A stretch of DNA of 62,861 nt, the filler included. It is 4 parts of 4 records of this genome, joined end to end, with 100 filler letters (N's around TTAATTAATTAA, not from the genome) between each part and the next. Parts side by side here need not be neighbours in the genome. Positions count along the whole stretch, not along the records: positions 1 to 16,315 come from DRR723986_5579; 3 more parts are not named here. One strand, given 5' to 3'. The position numbers and the translations under genes are program-made. Below, in pieces: positions 1 through 9,017 of the stretch. A model generated the notes under the pieces. The model saw nothing but the letters and a program-made list of their open reading frames with translations. It had not been told where the DNA came from and searched no databases. Position 1 is the first letter of the stretch. The number at the start of each line of letters is the position of its first letter.

Positions 1-27
1 AGGGTTCGAATCCCTCGCTCTCCGCCA
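1..27 (+). tRNA. tRNA-Ser, 3' part only (T-arm, acceptor strand, CCA); truncated by contig start
   Basis: AGGG-TTCGAAT-CCCT T-arm, then GCTCTCC, discriminator G and CCA. The G discriminator with a GGAGAG-type acceptor stem fits Ser, but the anticodon is not visible. Confidence 0.8.
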
Positions 28-90
28 TAACTCTTTGATTTTATTGAATTAATACGCCCTTTCCGCCGCCGTGGGACCATTTTGGGACCA
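28..90. promoter_or_regulatory. att-site accessory sites: IHF box and direct-repeat arm-type sites
   Basis: 28-40 reads AATCAAAGAGTTA on the minus strand, an exact WATCAANNNNTTR match. TGGGACCA is repeated at 72-79 and 83-90. Confidence 0.65.
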
Positions 91-271
91 AACGCTCAGA
101 AACCCCCAAGCGCTCCGACACCAACTGCGCCATCCCGGTCGCATCTGCGCCGATCCACTTGCCGTAATGTTCATCGATAATTCGCGTGCTGGTACGACGT
201 ATCTGGCGAATGAACCGTTCTTTCGCGATGCCGGCGGTGAACCATTGGCTGATGAAGATGTGTCGGCAGTG
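41..271 (-). pseudogene. Tyrosine integrase C-terminal relic
   Basis: Minus frame without a start codon: HCRHIFISQWFTAGIAKERFIRQIRRTSTRIIDEHYGKWI...; RH box II and catalytic Tyr (HYGKW) are present, the usual GH is replaced by RR, and a stop lies immediately upstream (272-274). Confidence 0.75.
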
Positions 272-430
272 TTACGACATTGATATCAGGAGTATGAGTT
301 CTAAGCGTGCTGGCGCAGATGTCAGTTCTGCTGGTTTTTCTGGTATTCATAGCGCTGTCCCGAAGACAGCGGCAGACATCTTTCTCTGAATAGCAAACCA
401 GTGATGCCAACATCACCCGCGACACCGCTG

Positions 431-841
431 CTAATTCTGATTAGACGATAGCGTTTGCAAGATGCCGCACTGCTCAACCGTTCGCTGGTTTGAGCAGTGG
501 CTACGCAACGCTTTTAGTTGCTCGCTTAATTGGGTCAGTTCGCGAATCCGTGCCTCAACCTGTTGAATGTGTGTCTCCATCATGCGATTTACCTCATCAC
601 ACTGAGCACCTGGAGAGCGTTTTAACGCCAATAACTGGCGGATCTCCGACAAACTCAGGTCCAGACCGCGACAGAGTTTGATAAACAGTAATTGCTCTGC
701 GGAAGCCTCATCGTAAAGGCGAAAATTGCCTTCACTTCGTTGGATCGAAGGTAGCAATTGTTCTTTTTCATAGTATCGGATGGCTTGTACCGAGCAGCCT
801 GTCAGTTTTGCCAGATCACCGATCTTCATGGCGTGGTTCAT
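431..841 (-). CDS. cadR: Cd(II)/Pb(II)/Zn(II)-responsive MerR-family regulator (CadR/PbrR type); alternative start 829
   Basis: MKIGDLA..IRYYEK HTH, RSEGNFRLY, Cys residues in AQCDEVN and HC...CGIL. Confidence 0.88.
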   Translation of the reverse strand: MNHAMKIGDLAKLTGCSVQAIRYYEKEQLLPSIQRSEGNFRLYDEASAEQLLFIKLCRGLDLSLSEIRQLLALKRSPGAQCDEVNRMMETHIQQVEARIRELTQLSEQLKALRSHCSNQRTVEQCGILQTLSSNQN

Positions 842-849
842 CCTTCCTC

Positions 850-880
850 TTGACTCTATAGTGACTATAGATTTTAGACT
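850..880 (+). promoter_or_regulatory. MerR-type promoter/operator
   Basis: -35 TTGACT (850-855), 19-bp spacer, -10 TAGACT (875-880), dyad TCTATAGT-G-ACTATAGA (855-871). Confidence 0.9.
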
Positions 881-903
881 GCAAACCGTGGGCAGAACAA
901 GAG

Positions 904-1809
904 GTGTTTGTGACAGATCAATGTGACACTTGTGGTGAAAGCAATGCGGAGGAGCCGCTTCAGCAGGCGTCCGACAACGGCGACTTTCCTCCGGGCGGTT
1001 TTGTCAGCGAGTATGATGTCCCCAATATGGACTGCCCCTCAGAGGAGGGGCTGATTCGTATGGCACTCGATGCTGTGGAACCACAAGTTGTTCTGCAGTT
1101 TGATACCCCCAATCGTAAGGTGCGCGTCTTTCATAGTGATAACGCAGACATCATCGAACAGCGGATGCACTCAGTGGGCTTGGGCGCCAGACGCGAGAGA
1201 ACCGCTCCGGTGTCCGGCGATGAATTTATTCGGGCCCAGGAGACCGCACAGGGAGATGCACAGAAGGAAACCGGCGTTCTCAAGTGGCTGTTAGCGATAA
1301 ACGGCATTATGTTTGTGGTGGAGATCGTGGTTGGCTGGTGGGCACAATCCACGGGCCTGATTGCAGATTCTCTGGACATGTTTGCCGATGCTGCCGTCTA
1401 TGGCGTCGCGCTCTATGCAGTCGGCCACAGCGCTCGGATGAAACTGCGCGCAGCGCATTTCTCCGGATGGTTACAAGTGATTCTGGCTCTTGGTGCCTTG
1501 AGCGAGGTGGTACGGCGTTTCGTGTTCGGCAGTGATCCACACTCCAGCTTGATGATGAGTTTCGGTCTGGTTGCCCTGGCGGCCAACGTTCTGTGCCTGC
1601 TACTCATTGCCAGGCATCGGGAGGGGGGAGCGCATATGAGAGCCAGTTGGATTTTCTCAGCCAATGATGTGATAGCCAATCTGGGGGTCATTCTTGCCGG
1701 TGGCCTGGTCGCCTGGAGCGGATCACGTTATCCGGATTTGGTCATAGGGTTCATTATCGCCGGGATTGTTTTGAACGGTGCACGCCGGATTTTGCAACTC
1801 AAATCCTGA
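904..1809 (+). CDS. Cation transporter: HMA domain fused to a short CDF lacking the C-terminal domain
   Basis: MDCPSEE HMA motif, ADSLDMFAD and SANDVIAN CDF metal-site helices. Confidence 0.88.
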   Translation: MFVTDQCDTCGESNAEEPLQQASDNGDFPPGGFVSEYDVPNMDCPSEEGLIRMALDAVEPQVVLQFDTPNRKVRVFHSDNADIIEQRMHSVGLGARRERTAPVSGDEFIRAQETAQGDAQKETGVLKWLLAINGIMFVVEIVVGWWAQSTGLIADSLDMFADAAVYGVALYAVGHSARMKLRAAHFSGWLQVILALGALSEVVRRFVFGSDPHSSLMMSFGLVALAANVLCLLLIARHREGGAHMRASWIFSANDVIANLGVILAGGLVAWSGSRYPDLVIGFIIAGIVLNGARRILQLKS

Positions 1810-1978
1810 GAATGAGAGAGCGATGAAAGCAATCGACACGCCACTATACCCTTCGAGCCCTGGAGAATTACCGAACATAAGGTGTATTACCGATTTTACA
1901 TGGTATGTTAAATTCCCCGTCCGTGCTAAAGTTCAGCGGTCGACAAACGGTTCAACGAGTGATCTGCAGTAAAAGCCA

Positions 1979-2338
1979 ATGCTTAGATTTCGCCGCGCGA
2001 TAGCCATATTTATTTTGGCGCTGCTAACCTGCCAGTCAGCTACGGCGGGTCTCGGCGAGCATTTCGCGGTTTTTTCCGACAGTGAGGTTGAAAGTACTCT
2101 GCCCCTTGATGCTGCGGATCACTTTTCCGGCAGCCAATCTGATCACGGACAACCAGGCTCCGGAGATTTAGTTGACACAAATTGTTGTCATGCTCACGGC
2201 CACTGCCATGTGTTGGCTTTAGGCTGCCAGATTAGTTCCATGTCTTCACAATACGGGCGGAGCTTCGTTTCGTCGCATTCCTTCTCCTATAATTCCCAGT
2301 CCCTCGATCCACTCCTAAAACCCCCAACCAGCGCCTGA
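1979..2338 (+). CDS. Small secreted His/Cys-rich protein, CzcI/DUF2946-like
   Basis: Signal peptide, CCHAHGHCH, C-terminal KPP, located directly upstream of czcC. Confidence 0.65.
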   Translation: MLRFRRAIAIFILALLTCQSATAGLGEHFAVFSDSEVESTLPLDAADHFSGSQSDHGQPGSGDLVDTNCCHAHGHCHVLALGCQISSMSSQYGRSFVSSHSFSYNSQSLDPLLKPPTSA

Positions 2339-2532
2339 TCTCGCCATTTTCTGGCGAATAAGCGCGTTCTACTGCGTAAATTCTGATCCTGATGTTCCTC
2401 GGGATATAGCGTATTTCCTAGTGAAATTCGTGTTCCCGTGCTGGATTTAGCGGTAGCTGCGTTGTTTTGAGCCTGTGTTTCGCCTCGGCGATCCAGGCAG
2501 AGACAGGTAGACCTAAACCAGGGGTTAACAGA

Positions 2533-3879
2533 ATGCATCAATCCATCTGCGGGATCCAAATCCGCAAACTCGATCGGTACCGGTCGTCGAGACACACTTT
2601 AATCGGCTGCCTTTTTACAGCCGTGTTGGTATTGCCGGCAAACGCCGCTGAAACCAGCGATACAACAATGACGCTGGGTTCAGCGATACAACTCGCGCTG
2701 TCTAAAAATCCGGACCTCCTGGTGTATCGCTTCAGAGAATCCGGCCTAGAGGGATTGGCACAAACCGCCAATCTGCGGCCACAATTTGATCTGAGTGCAG
2801 AGGCTGAAAACATTGGCGGTACGGACGATTTTAGTGGCGCCGATAGCGCGGAGTTTACCCTGGCCTTATCGTCCGTTATCGAATTGGGCGGCAAGCGGGA
2901 AGCCCGAGTCGCCGCCGTCACTGCGCAACGCTATTTGATTGATGGAGAGCGCCAGGCGCGAGCCCTCGATTTATTGGGGGAAGTGACGCGTCGTTATGTG
3001 GACGTGGTGGCCACCCAGGCGCGTCTGGATCTTGCGATCAATGGCAGGTCGCTCGCGCAAGACGTTGTTCAATCGGTGGAACGCCGTACCCGCGCCGGCG
3101 CCGCGCCGGAGGCCGAGCTGCTGCGAGCGCGCGCACAGTTGGCCCAGGCTGAGATTGTAGTGACCGAGGCGCAGAACCGATTACGAGCCTCGCGGCTGTC
3201 GCTCTCGGTGTTGTGGGGTGTGGCAGAACCGGATTTCGTACGGGTGGCTGGCGATTTGCAGACGCTGGGCAGCGTCGGTGACTTCGACGCGCTGTTCCAG
3301 CGTGCAATCCAGAATCCCGCTATCGAAATCTTCGCCAGCGAGGAGCGCTTGCGTGAGGCGGAATTCCAACTCGCCAAAACACAGTCCAGTACTGATATTG
3401 GCTGGTCTGTGGGTGTCCGGCAATTCCAGGACACGGACGATACTGCTCTGGTCGCGGGCGTGAGCATTCCCTTATTTAGCGCAAAGCGAAATGCCGGTGC
3501 AATCCAGTCTGCACGCGCCTCGCGGGATGAAGTCTCTGTCCGACGTGAATCAGCGCTGCTGAATTTGCGCGCGAGTCTTTTTGACGCCTACCAACAGCGC
3601 AAGCTGGGGATAGAAACCGCCAACTCTCTTCGAGTGGCTGTCATTCCCACACTGACACGCGCGCTGCAGCAAACACAGGCGGCTTACGAGAACGGCCGCT
3701 ATGGCTACCAGGAGTGGGCCGCTGCGCGGCAGGAATTAATCTCGGCGGAATATGCCCTGATCGCAGCAGCCTCCTCCGCACTCCAAAGCGGTGCCACGAT
3801 CGAGCAATTGACCTCTGAACCCCTATTACCGTCGCTGGAACTCGGTTCCAATGAGACTGAGCAGGAATCTGACCAATGA
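2533..3879 (+). CDS. czcC: TolC-family outer-membrane factor of heavy-metal RND pump
   Basis: OEP repeats (ALSKNPDL, IELGGKREAR, GVSIPLF) in an operon with MFP and RND genes; ATG 2533 preferred over TTG 2467. Confidence 0.9.
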   Translation: MHQSICGIQIRKLDRYRSSRHTLIGCLFTAVLVLPANAAETSDTTMTLGSAIQLALSKNPDLLVYRFRESGLEGLAQTANLRPQFDLSAEAENIGGTDDFSGADSAEFTLALSSVIELGGKREARVAAVTAQRYLIDGERQARALDLLGEVTRRYVDVVATQARLDLAINGRSLAQDVVQSVERRTRAGAAPEAELLRARAQLAQAEIVVTEAQNRLRASRLSLSVLWGVAEPDFVRVAGDLQTLGSVGDFDALFQRAIQNPAIEIFASEERLREAEFQLAKTQSSTDIGWSVGVRQFQDTDDTALVAGVSIPLFSAKRNAGAIQSARASRDEVSVRRESALLNLRASLFDAYQQRKLGIETANSLRVAVIPTLTRALQQTQAAYENGRYGYQEWAAARQELISAEYALIAAASSALQSGATIEQLTSEPLLPSLELGSNETEQESDQ

Positions 3880-4934
3880 AAACACTTACACAATACTGCA
3901 CCACGTTCTGGCTGCACTTGATCATATTAACAGCGTCGCTGAGTTGCATAACTTCGCCTGTCTATGGCGAATCGGCAGACTCAAGTCCGTTATGCCATCT
4001 CGTGCCGCGTTGGCTGACGCTACTCATTTTGGTCATCACACTGGTGTGGGTAGTCAACCCTGCCCATGGGGAGGATCCAGCACCAGACAGTCATGAGCAG
4101 GAAGAGGCTCACAGCGAGGAAGGCCTTATCGGGCTAACGCCAGAGCAAATCAAGCACGCTGGCATAGCCATTGAACGCGTCGCTTCCGCGAGTATCCGGG
4201 AGACCTTGCCGTTGTACGGGCAGATCGTACCCAATGCCGAGCGCGAGCATACCGTCTCAGCGCGTTTCCCGGGGGTTATCAAAACCGTGGCCAAACAGAT
4301 CGGCGAGCTGGTGCAACAGGGCGAAACCTTGGCGACGGTGGAAAGCAATGAGAGCCTGAAGTCCTACCCCTTGGTCGCATCGCTGAGCGGGATTGTTACC
4401 CAACGCAACACCAATGTCGGCGAGCAGACCGGCGACAGAGTGTTGTTTGTTGTCGGGGACTACTCGACCGTCTGGGTGGATCTTTCGGTATTTCCCGCAG
4501 ATCTTTCCAAGGTACGTGTTGGGCAGTCAGTAAGAATTGTCAATCGAGACACGTCTATCACTGGTGAGGGTAGGATCATCACCGTCTTGCCAGTGGGCAG
4601 CAGTACCAACCAGACGACCACGGCAAGAGTATTGCTGGACAACCCGGATCACCGGTGGGTCCCCGGTCATTTTGTCACCGCTGAAGTGGTGCTGTCTGAA
4701 ACGGAGGTGCCTATGGCCATTCGGGATGAGGCCATCCAGATTGTCGAGGACCAGCCTGTTGTTTTTGTGGAGGGTGACGAAGGCTTCGAGGCGCGGCCCG
4801 TTACCCTGGGCCGTAGCGATGGGCAAGTCAGTGAGGTTCTAAAGGGATTACAAGTTGGCGAGGCCTATGTCTCGACCAACAGCTTCACGCTCAAGTCTGA
4901 GCTCGGTAAGGAGGATGCTGAACATGGGCACTGA
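3876..4934 (+). CDS. czcB: RND periplasmic adaptor (MFP)
   Basis: Lipoyl-like halves, GEVVQQG-type motif, C-terminal LKSELGK..AEHGH; ATGA overlap with czcC. Confidence 0.9.
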   Translation: MKTLTQYCTTFWLHLIILTASLSCITSPVYGESADSSPLCHLVPRWLTLLILVITLVWVVNPAHGEDPAPDSHEQEEAHSEEGLIGLTPEQIKHAGIAIERVASASIRETLPLYGQIVPNAEREHTVSARFPGVIKTVAKQIGELVQQGETLATVESNESLKSYPLVASLSGIVTQRNTNVGEQTGDRVLFVVGDYSTVWVDLSVFPADLSKVRVGQSVRIVNRDTSITGEGRIITVLPVGSSTNQTTTARVLLDNPDHRWVPGHFVTAEVVLSETEVPMAIRDEAIQIVEDQPVVFVEGDEGFEARPVTLGRSDGQVSEVLKGLQVGEAYVSTNSFTLKSELGKEDAEHGH

Positions 4935-5024
4935 GATTCCTCAACCTAATAGTCTTGCCTTGATCAGTCAATCGGCATCACTGCATCACGTGTGCGGCCG
5001 AACGTCAGGTAGCAGGAATTTATT

Positions 5025-8000
5025 ATGATCGATGCACTAATCCAATTTTCAATTGCTCGCCGGTGGCTGATCATCTTTCTGGTCGCGGCGGTGGCGGCGG
5101 TGGGTGTCTGGAACTACCAGAACCTGCCTATCGATGCGGTCCCGGACATCACCAATGTGCAGGTACAGATCAATACCGAGGCACCCGGTTACTCGCCGCT
5201 GGAAGTTGAGCAGCGGATAACCTATCTGGTGGAGCTGGCTATCACCGGATTACCCTACGTGGAGGAGACCCGTTCTATTTCCCGGTATGCCTTATCCCAG
5301 GTCACAGTTGTTTTTGAGAAGGGTACCGATATCTATTTCGCCCGCAATCTCATCAATGAACGCTTGCAGCAAGCCAAAAGTGAGATGCCAGCGGGTATTG
5401 AGCCAGTTATGGGGCCGGTCGCTACAGGGCTGGGTGAAATATTTCATTACGCGGTGAAAGCCGAGCCCGGCGCAAGACAGGAAAATGGCGCACCATATGA
5501 CGCGACAGCCCTGCGCACTCTGCAGGACTGGGTCATTCGTCCGCAGCTTAGACTGGTGCCGGGTGTGACCGAAATCAACACTATCGGCGGCTATGAGAAA
5601 GAATTTCACATCACGCCGGATCCAGCAGGGCTATTGGCGTACGGACTAACGTTTGATGACCTGGTGGAGGCATTGCCCAAAAATAACGCCAATATTGGAG
5701 CCGGTTATATTGAAAAAAATGGCGAGCAATACCTGATTCGGGCGCCGGGCCAGGTGGCCGATATCGCCGCGATAGAACGCGTCATCGTCGCTTATCGCGA
5801 CAACGTGCCAGTCACAATAGCCGATGTCGCCGAGGTGGGTTTCGGAAAACAATTGCGCACCGGTGCCGCCACGCTCGACGGCCAGGAAACCGTCCTGGGT
5901 ACGGCGGTGATGTTATTGGGCGCCAACAGCCGCACCGTCTCAGAAGCGGTGGCTGAAAAGCTATCAGAGATCAACAAAACGCTGCCCGAGAGCGTCACGG
6001 CTGAGCCGGTTTACAACCGTACGGTGCTGGTAGACAAGACCATTGCCACAGTGCAGACCAACCTGCTCGAAGGTGCCGTTCTAGTCGTCGTTGTGCTGCT
6101 GGTGATGCTCGGCAATGTCCGGGCCGCACTGCTGGCGGCGATGGTCATACCCCTGTCCATGCTCATGTTGATCACCGGTATGGTGGAGACGAAAGTCAGC
6201 GCGAACCTGATGAGCCTGGGCGCGCTGGATTTCGGCCTGATTGTCGATGGGGCCGTCATTATCGTTGAGAACTGCATTCTTCGACTCGCAGAGCGCCAGC
6301 ATCACCTTGGTCGTATCCTGAGACTCGATGAACGTTTGCAGACGGTGTTCGCCGCTACCAGAGAGGTTTTCACACCCAGTTTGATCAGCGTACTGGTGGT
6401 GATCCTGGTCAACCTGCCGATCCTGGCGCTGACGGGCGTTGAGGGCAAAATGTTCACGCCCATGGCAATGGCGGTGATTATGGCACTGGTTTCGGCGTTA
6501 ATCCTCTCGCTTACCTTTGTACCTGCAGCACTTGCGTTGCTACTCACCGGGCGGATCGAGGAGAAAGACAACGCCATTGTTCGAGGAGCTAAGAAACTAT
6601 ACATCCCGATACTGACGACTGCGCTCCGACGCCGACTGCCGGTGTTGCTGGGAGCGGTGGCATTTGTGGTCGCCTGTGGCTGGTTAGGCACCCGGATGGG
6701 CGCTGAATTTATTCCCAACCTGGATGAAGGCGACGTGGCGATCCAAGCGTTGCGCATTCCGGGCACGAGCCTGACACAGTCCCTCGAAATGCAGTTCCAG
6801 CTGGAGCGCGCAATACTCGAGCTGCCCGAGGTCAAAACCTACTTTTCGCGGGTAGGGACCGCTGAAGTCGCGAGTGATCCCATGGGCCCCAATATCTCTG
6901 ATGGCTATGTGATGCTCAAGGACCGCGAGGAGTGGCCGGACCCGGACAAGTCCAAGGCGCAGTTGCTGGAGGACATTAACGAAAAGCTGACGCTGTTGCC
7001 CGGTAATGCATTTGAAATCAGCCAACCTATTCAGCTGCGTTTCAACGAGTTGATCTCCGGTGTGCGCTCTGACCTGGGTGTGAAGGTGTTTGGTGATGAC
7101 CTGGGGCAATTGCTCCGCTCTGGCAATGAAATCGCCGAGGTCATCAATAGCATTGAGGGAGCGGAGGGTGTGAAGGTCGAACAGGTTTCCGGCCTGCCTA
7201 TACTCTCCGTTGAAGCGGATCGTCCGGCACTGTACCGCTACGGACTCAATGTTGCCGATGTTCAGGATGTGCTCGCGGCGGCCACCGGCGGAGAAGATGC
7301 GGGCCTGGTATTCGAGGGTGATCGACGATTTGCGATCGTGGTGCGGCTACCTGAACATTTGCGCAGTGACCTCAGAACATTGGAGCGTCTGCCTGTACCA
7401 CTGCCCCAGGGAGGCTATGTGCCGCTTGGGGAGGTGGCGAAAGTGAAGCTGGCACCGGGTGCCAACCAGATTTCGCGGGAGAATGGCAAGCGCCGGCTGG
7501 TGGTGAGTGCCAACGTCAGGGGTCGCGACCTTGCGGGCTTTGTCGCGGAAGTACAGCAGAAGCTGGATGAACAGGTCAAAATCCCACCCGGTTATTGGTT
7601 GAGCTACGGAGGTACGTTTGAACAACTGGAATCAGCGACCGAGCGGCTCACCCTGTTGGTGCCCGTAACACTGGTGATGATCTTTGCACTGCTGATGATG
7701 ACGTTTGGTTCGGCGAAGGACGCTGCACTGGTGTTCAGCGGTGTACCGCTGGCGCTGACAGGCGGAATAATCTCGCTGTGGTTACGCGATATTCCCCTGT
7801 CGATCACGGCGGGGGTTGGTTTTATTACCCTTTGCGGTGTATCGGTCCTGACGGGCGTGATGATGGTGTCGGCGTTTCGGGACGGGCTGACGAATGGCAA
7901 GGATATTGACGCCTCGATTCGAGACGGGGCACTGCTGCGGTTGCGGCCTATCCTGATGGTCGCGTTAGTGGCAGCGTTGGGCTTTTTACCGATGGCGCTC

Positions 8001-8174
8001 AACACGAGTACGGGAGCCGAGGTTCAACGCCCGCTCGCGACTGTGGTTATTGGTGGGATTATATCCTCGACCCTGCTAACGCTCATTGTGCTTCCAGGGC
8101 TGTATCGGATGGCCTATCGAAAGCCAAGAGCAGTAACTGAGAATGCAGAAGTGACTGCTTCGCCGGAGATATAA
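5025..8174 (+). CDS. czcA: CusA/CzcA heavy-metal RND permease
   Basis: IDAVPDITNVQVQI, SLGALDFGLIVDGAVIIVEN, AEVQRPLATVVIGG; 1049 aa. Confidence 0.96.
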   Translation: MIDALIQFSIARRWLIIFLVAAVAAVGVWNYQNLPIDAVPDITNVQVQINTEAPGYSPLEVEQRITYLVELAITGLPYVEETRSISRYALSQVTVVFEKGTDIYFARNLINERLQQAKSEMPAGIEPVMGPVATGLGEIFHYAVKAEPGARQENGAPYDATALRTLQDWVIRPQLRLVPGVTEINTIGGYEKEFHITPDPAGLLAYGLTFDDLVEALPKNNANIGAGYIEKNGEQYLIRAPGQVADIAAIERVIVAYRDNVPVTIADVAEVGFGKQLRTGAATLDGQETVLGTAVMLLGANSRTVSEAVAEKLSEINKTLPESVTAEPVYNRTVLVDKTIATVQTNLLEGAVLVVVVLLVMLGNVRAALLAAMVIPLSMLMLITGMVETKVSANLMSLGALDFGLIVDGAVIIVENCILRLAERQHHLGRILRLDERLQTVFAATREVFTPSLISVLVVILVNLPILALTGVEGKMFTPMAMAVIMALVSALILSLTFVPAALALLLTGRIEEKDNAIVRGAKKLYIPILTTALRRRLPVLLGAVAFVVACGWLGTRMGAEFIPNLDEGDVAIQALRIPGTSLTQSLEMQFQLERAILELPEVKTYFSRVGTAEVASDPMGPNISDGYVMLKDREEWPDPDKSKAQLLEDINEKLTLLPGNAFEISQPIQLRFNELISGVRSDLGVKVFGDDLGQLLRSGNEIAEVINSIEGAEGVKVEQVSGLPILSVEADRPALYRYGLNVADVQDVLAAATGGEDAGLVFEGDRRFAIVVRLPEHLRSDLRTLERLPVPLPQGGYVPLGEVAKVKLAPGANQISRENGKRRLVVSANVRGRDLAGFVAEVQQKLDEQVKIPPGYWLSYGGTFEQLESATERLTLLVPVTLVMIFALLMMTFGSAKDAALVFSGVPLALTGGIISLWLRDIPLSITAGVGFITLCGVSVLTGVMMVSAFRDGLTNGKDIDASIRDGALLRLRPILMVALVAALGFLPMALNTSTGAEVQRPLATVVIGGIISSTLLTLIVLPGLYRMAYRKPRAVTENAEVTASPEI

Positions 8175-8256
8175 AATTGTGACACCGGAGTGATTCCCAG
8201 TATCAGGCCGCTCCATGCGCAGCTAAAGCGGCCTATCAATAGCAGAGGAAATAGCA

Positions 8257-8577
8257 ATGAAACAAGTCAAAGCGTTTGTACACCACATCCGTTCGGCGGC
8301 CGTAGTGGATGCACTGCGTGATGCGGGCGTAACGAATATCACCCTGCTCGATGTCAAGGGCACGTTGAAGCCTTTGTCTGAATTGGAGCAGGCGTACTCG
8401 ACCGAGGTCGGCGTGGTGATAATTTCAGAGGTCCGAGTTTCGCTCGTATGCGACGACGCAGAGGTCCCGCGGATAACGGACATTATCCGTAGCGCGGGGC
8501 GTATCGGGGAGGGGATCTCCGGTTGGGTCTACGTAAGTCCAGTAGAGCAGGCCCTGCCTATCGGAGGGCCCGAGTAA
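8257..8577 (+). CDS. P-II-like signalling protein associated with czc
   Basis: MKQVKAFV..VVDAL..AGV.., IIRSAGRIG...GWVYVSPVEQA P-II fold pattern. Confidence 0.8.
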   Translation: MKQVKAFVHHIRSAAVVDALRDAGVTNITLLDVKGTLKPLSELEQAYSTEVGVVIISEVRVSLVCDDAEVPRITDIIRSAGRIGEGISGWVYVSPVEQALPIGGPE

Positions 8578-8810
8578 TGATCACCCAGGATGCAATCGAG
8601 GTACTGACAATGCGACGTAAAACAGACAATCCCCGGTCGATACATTTTCACGCTAATCGCATTCACCGCACCAATGGACTCTGGTATTTTGAACCGCGGG
8701 AGGGAGATAACGTTGGCCCATTCGACTCTAAAGAAGAGGCTCGTAAAGAGCTTTCGCGATTTATGGCGGAAACCGGAGCAGAGATGTCAGGTCAAAAATC
8801 GACCCAATAG
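8577..8810 (+). CDS. Small protein, DUF6316-like
   Basis: NRI..NGLWYFEPREG..VGPFDS.EEA motif; TAATG overlap with the P-II gene. Confidence 0.65.
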   Translation: MITQDAIEVLTMRRKTDNPRSIHFHANRIHRTNGLWYFEPREGDNVGPFDSKEEARKELSRFMAETGAEMSGQKSTQ

Positions 8811-9017
8811 GGACGGGCGATGCTCAATCTGTAGACATACTTTAATTATTTTTGCTAAACATGAATGTAGCGAAAACCGGTATGCATGATCATAGACATG
8901 ATCACACGCGGCCTTCATCGACCGAGATGGGTTGGTTGATCAGGAGCTCTGAAACAAATCAGCGGCGTACGGAAATGCCTGCTGCCACGAACGTACAATT
9001 CCCTTTGAGATCAATAT

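Noticed and set aside
71..425. Short track ORFs 71..283, 171..425 and 186..389
   Set aside because: They overlap the integrase relic in other frames and show no recognisable motifs
2339..2532. Hairpins between czcI and czcC as a NiCo riboswitch
   Set aside because: Stems exist (TCGCCA/TGGCGA, CCTGT..GCCT/AGGC..ACAGG), but I could not find the four-way junction or its conserved residues
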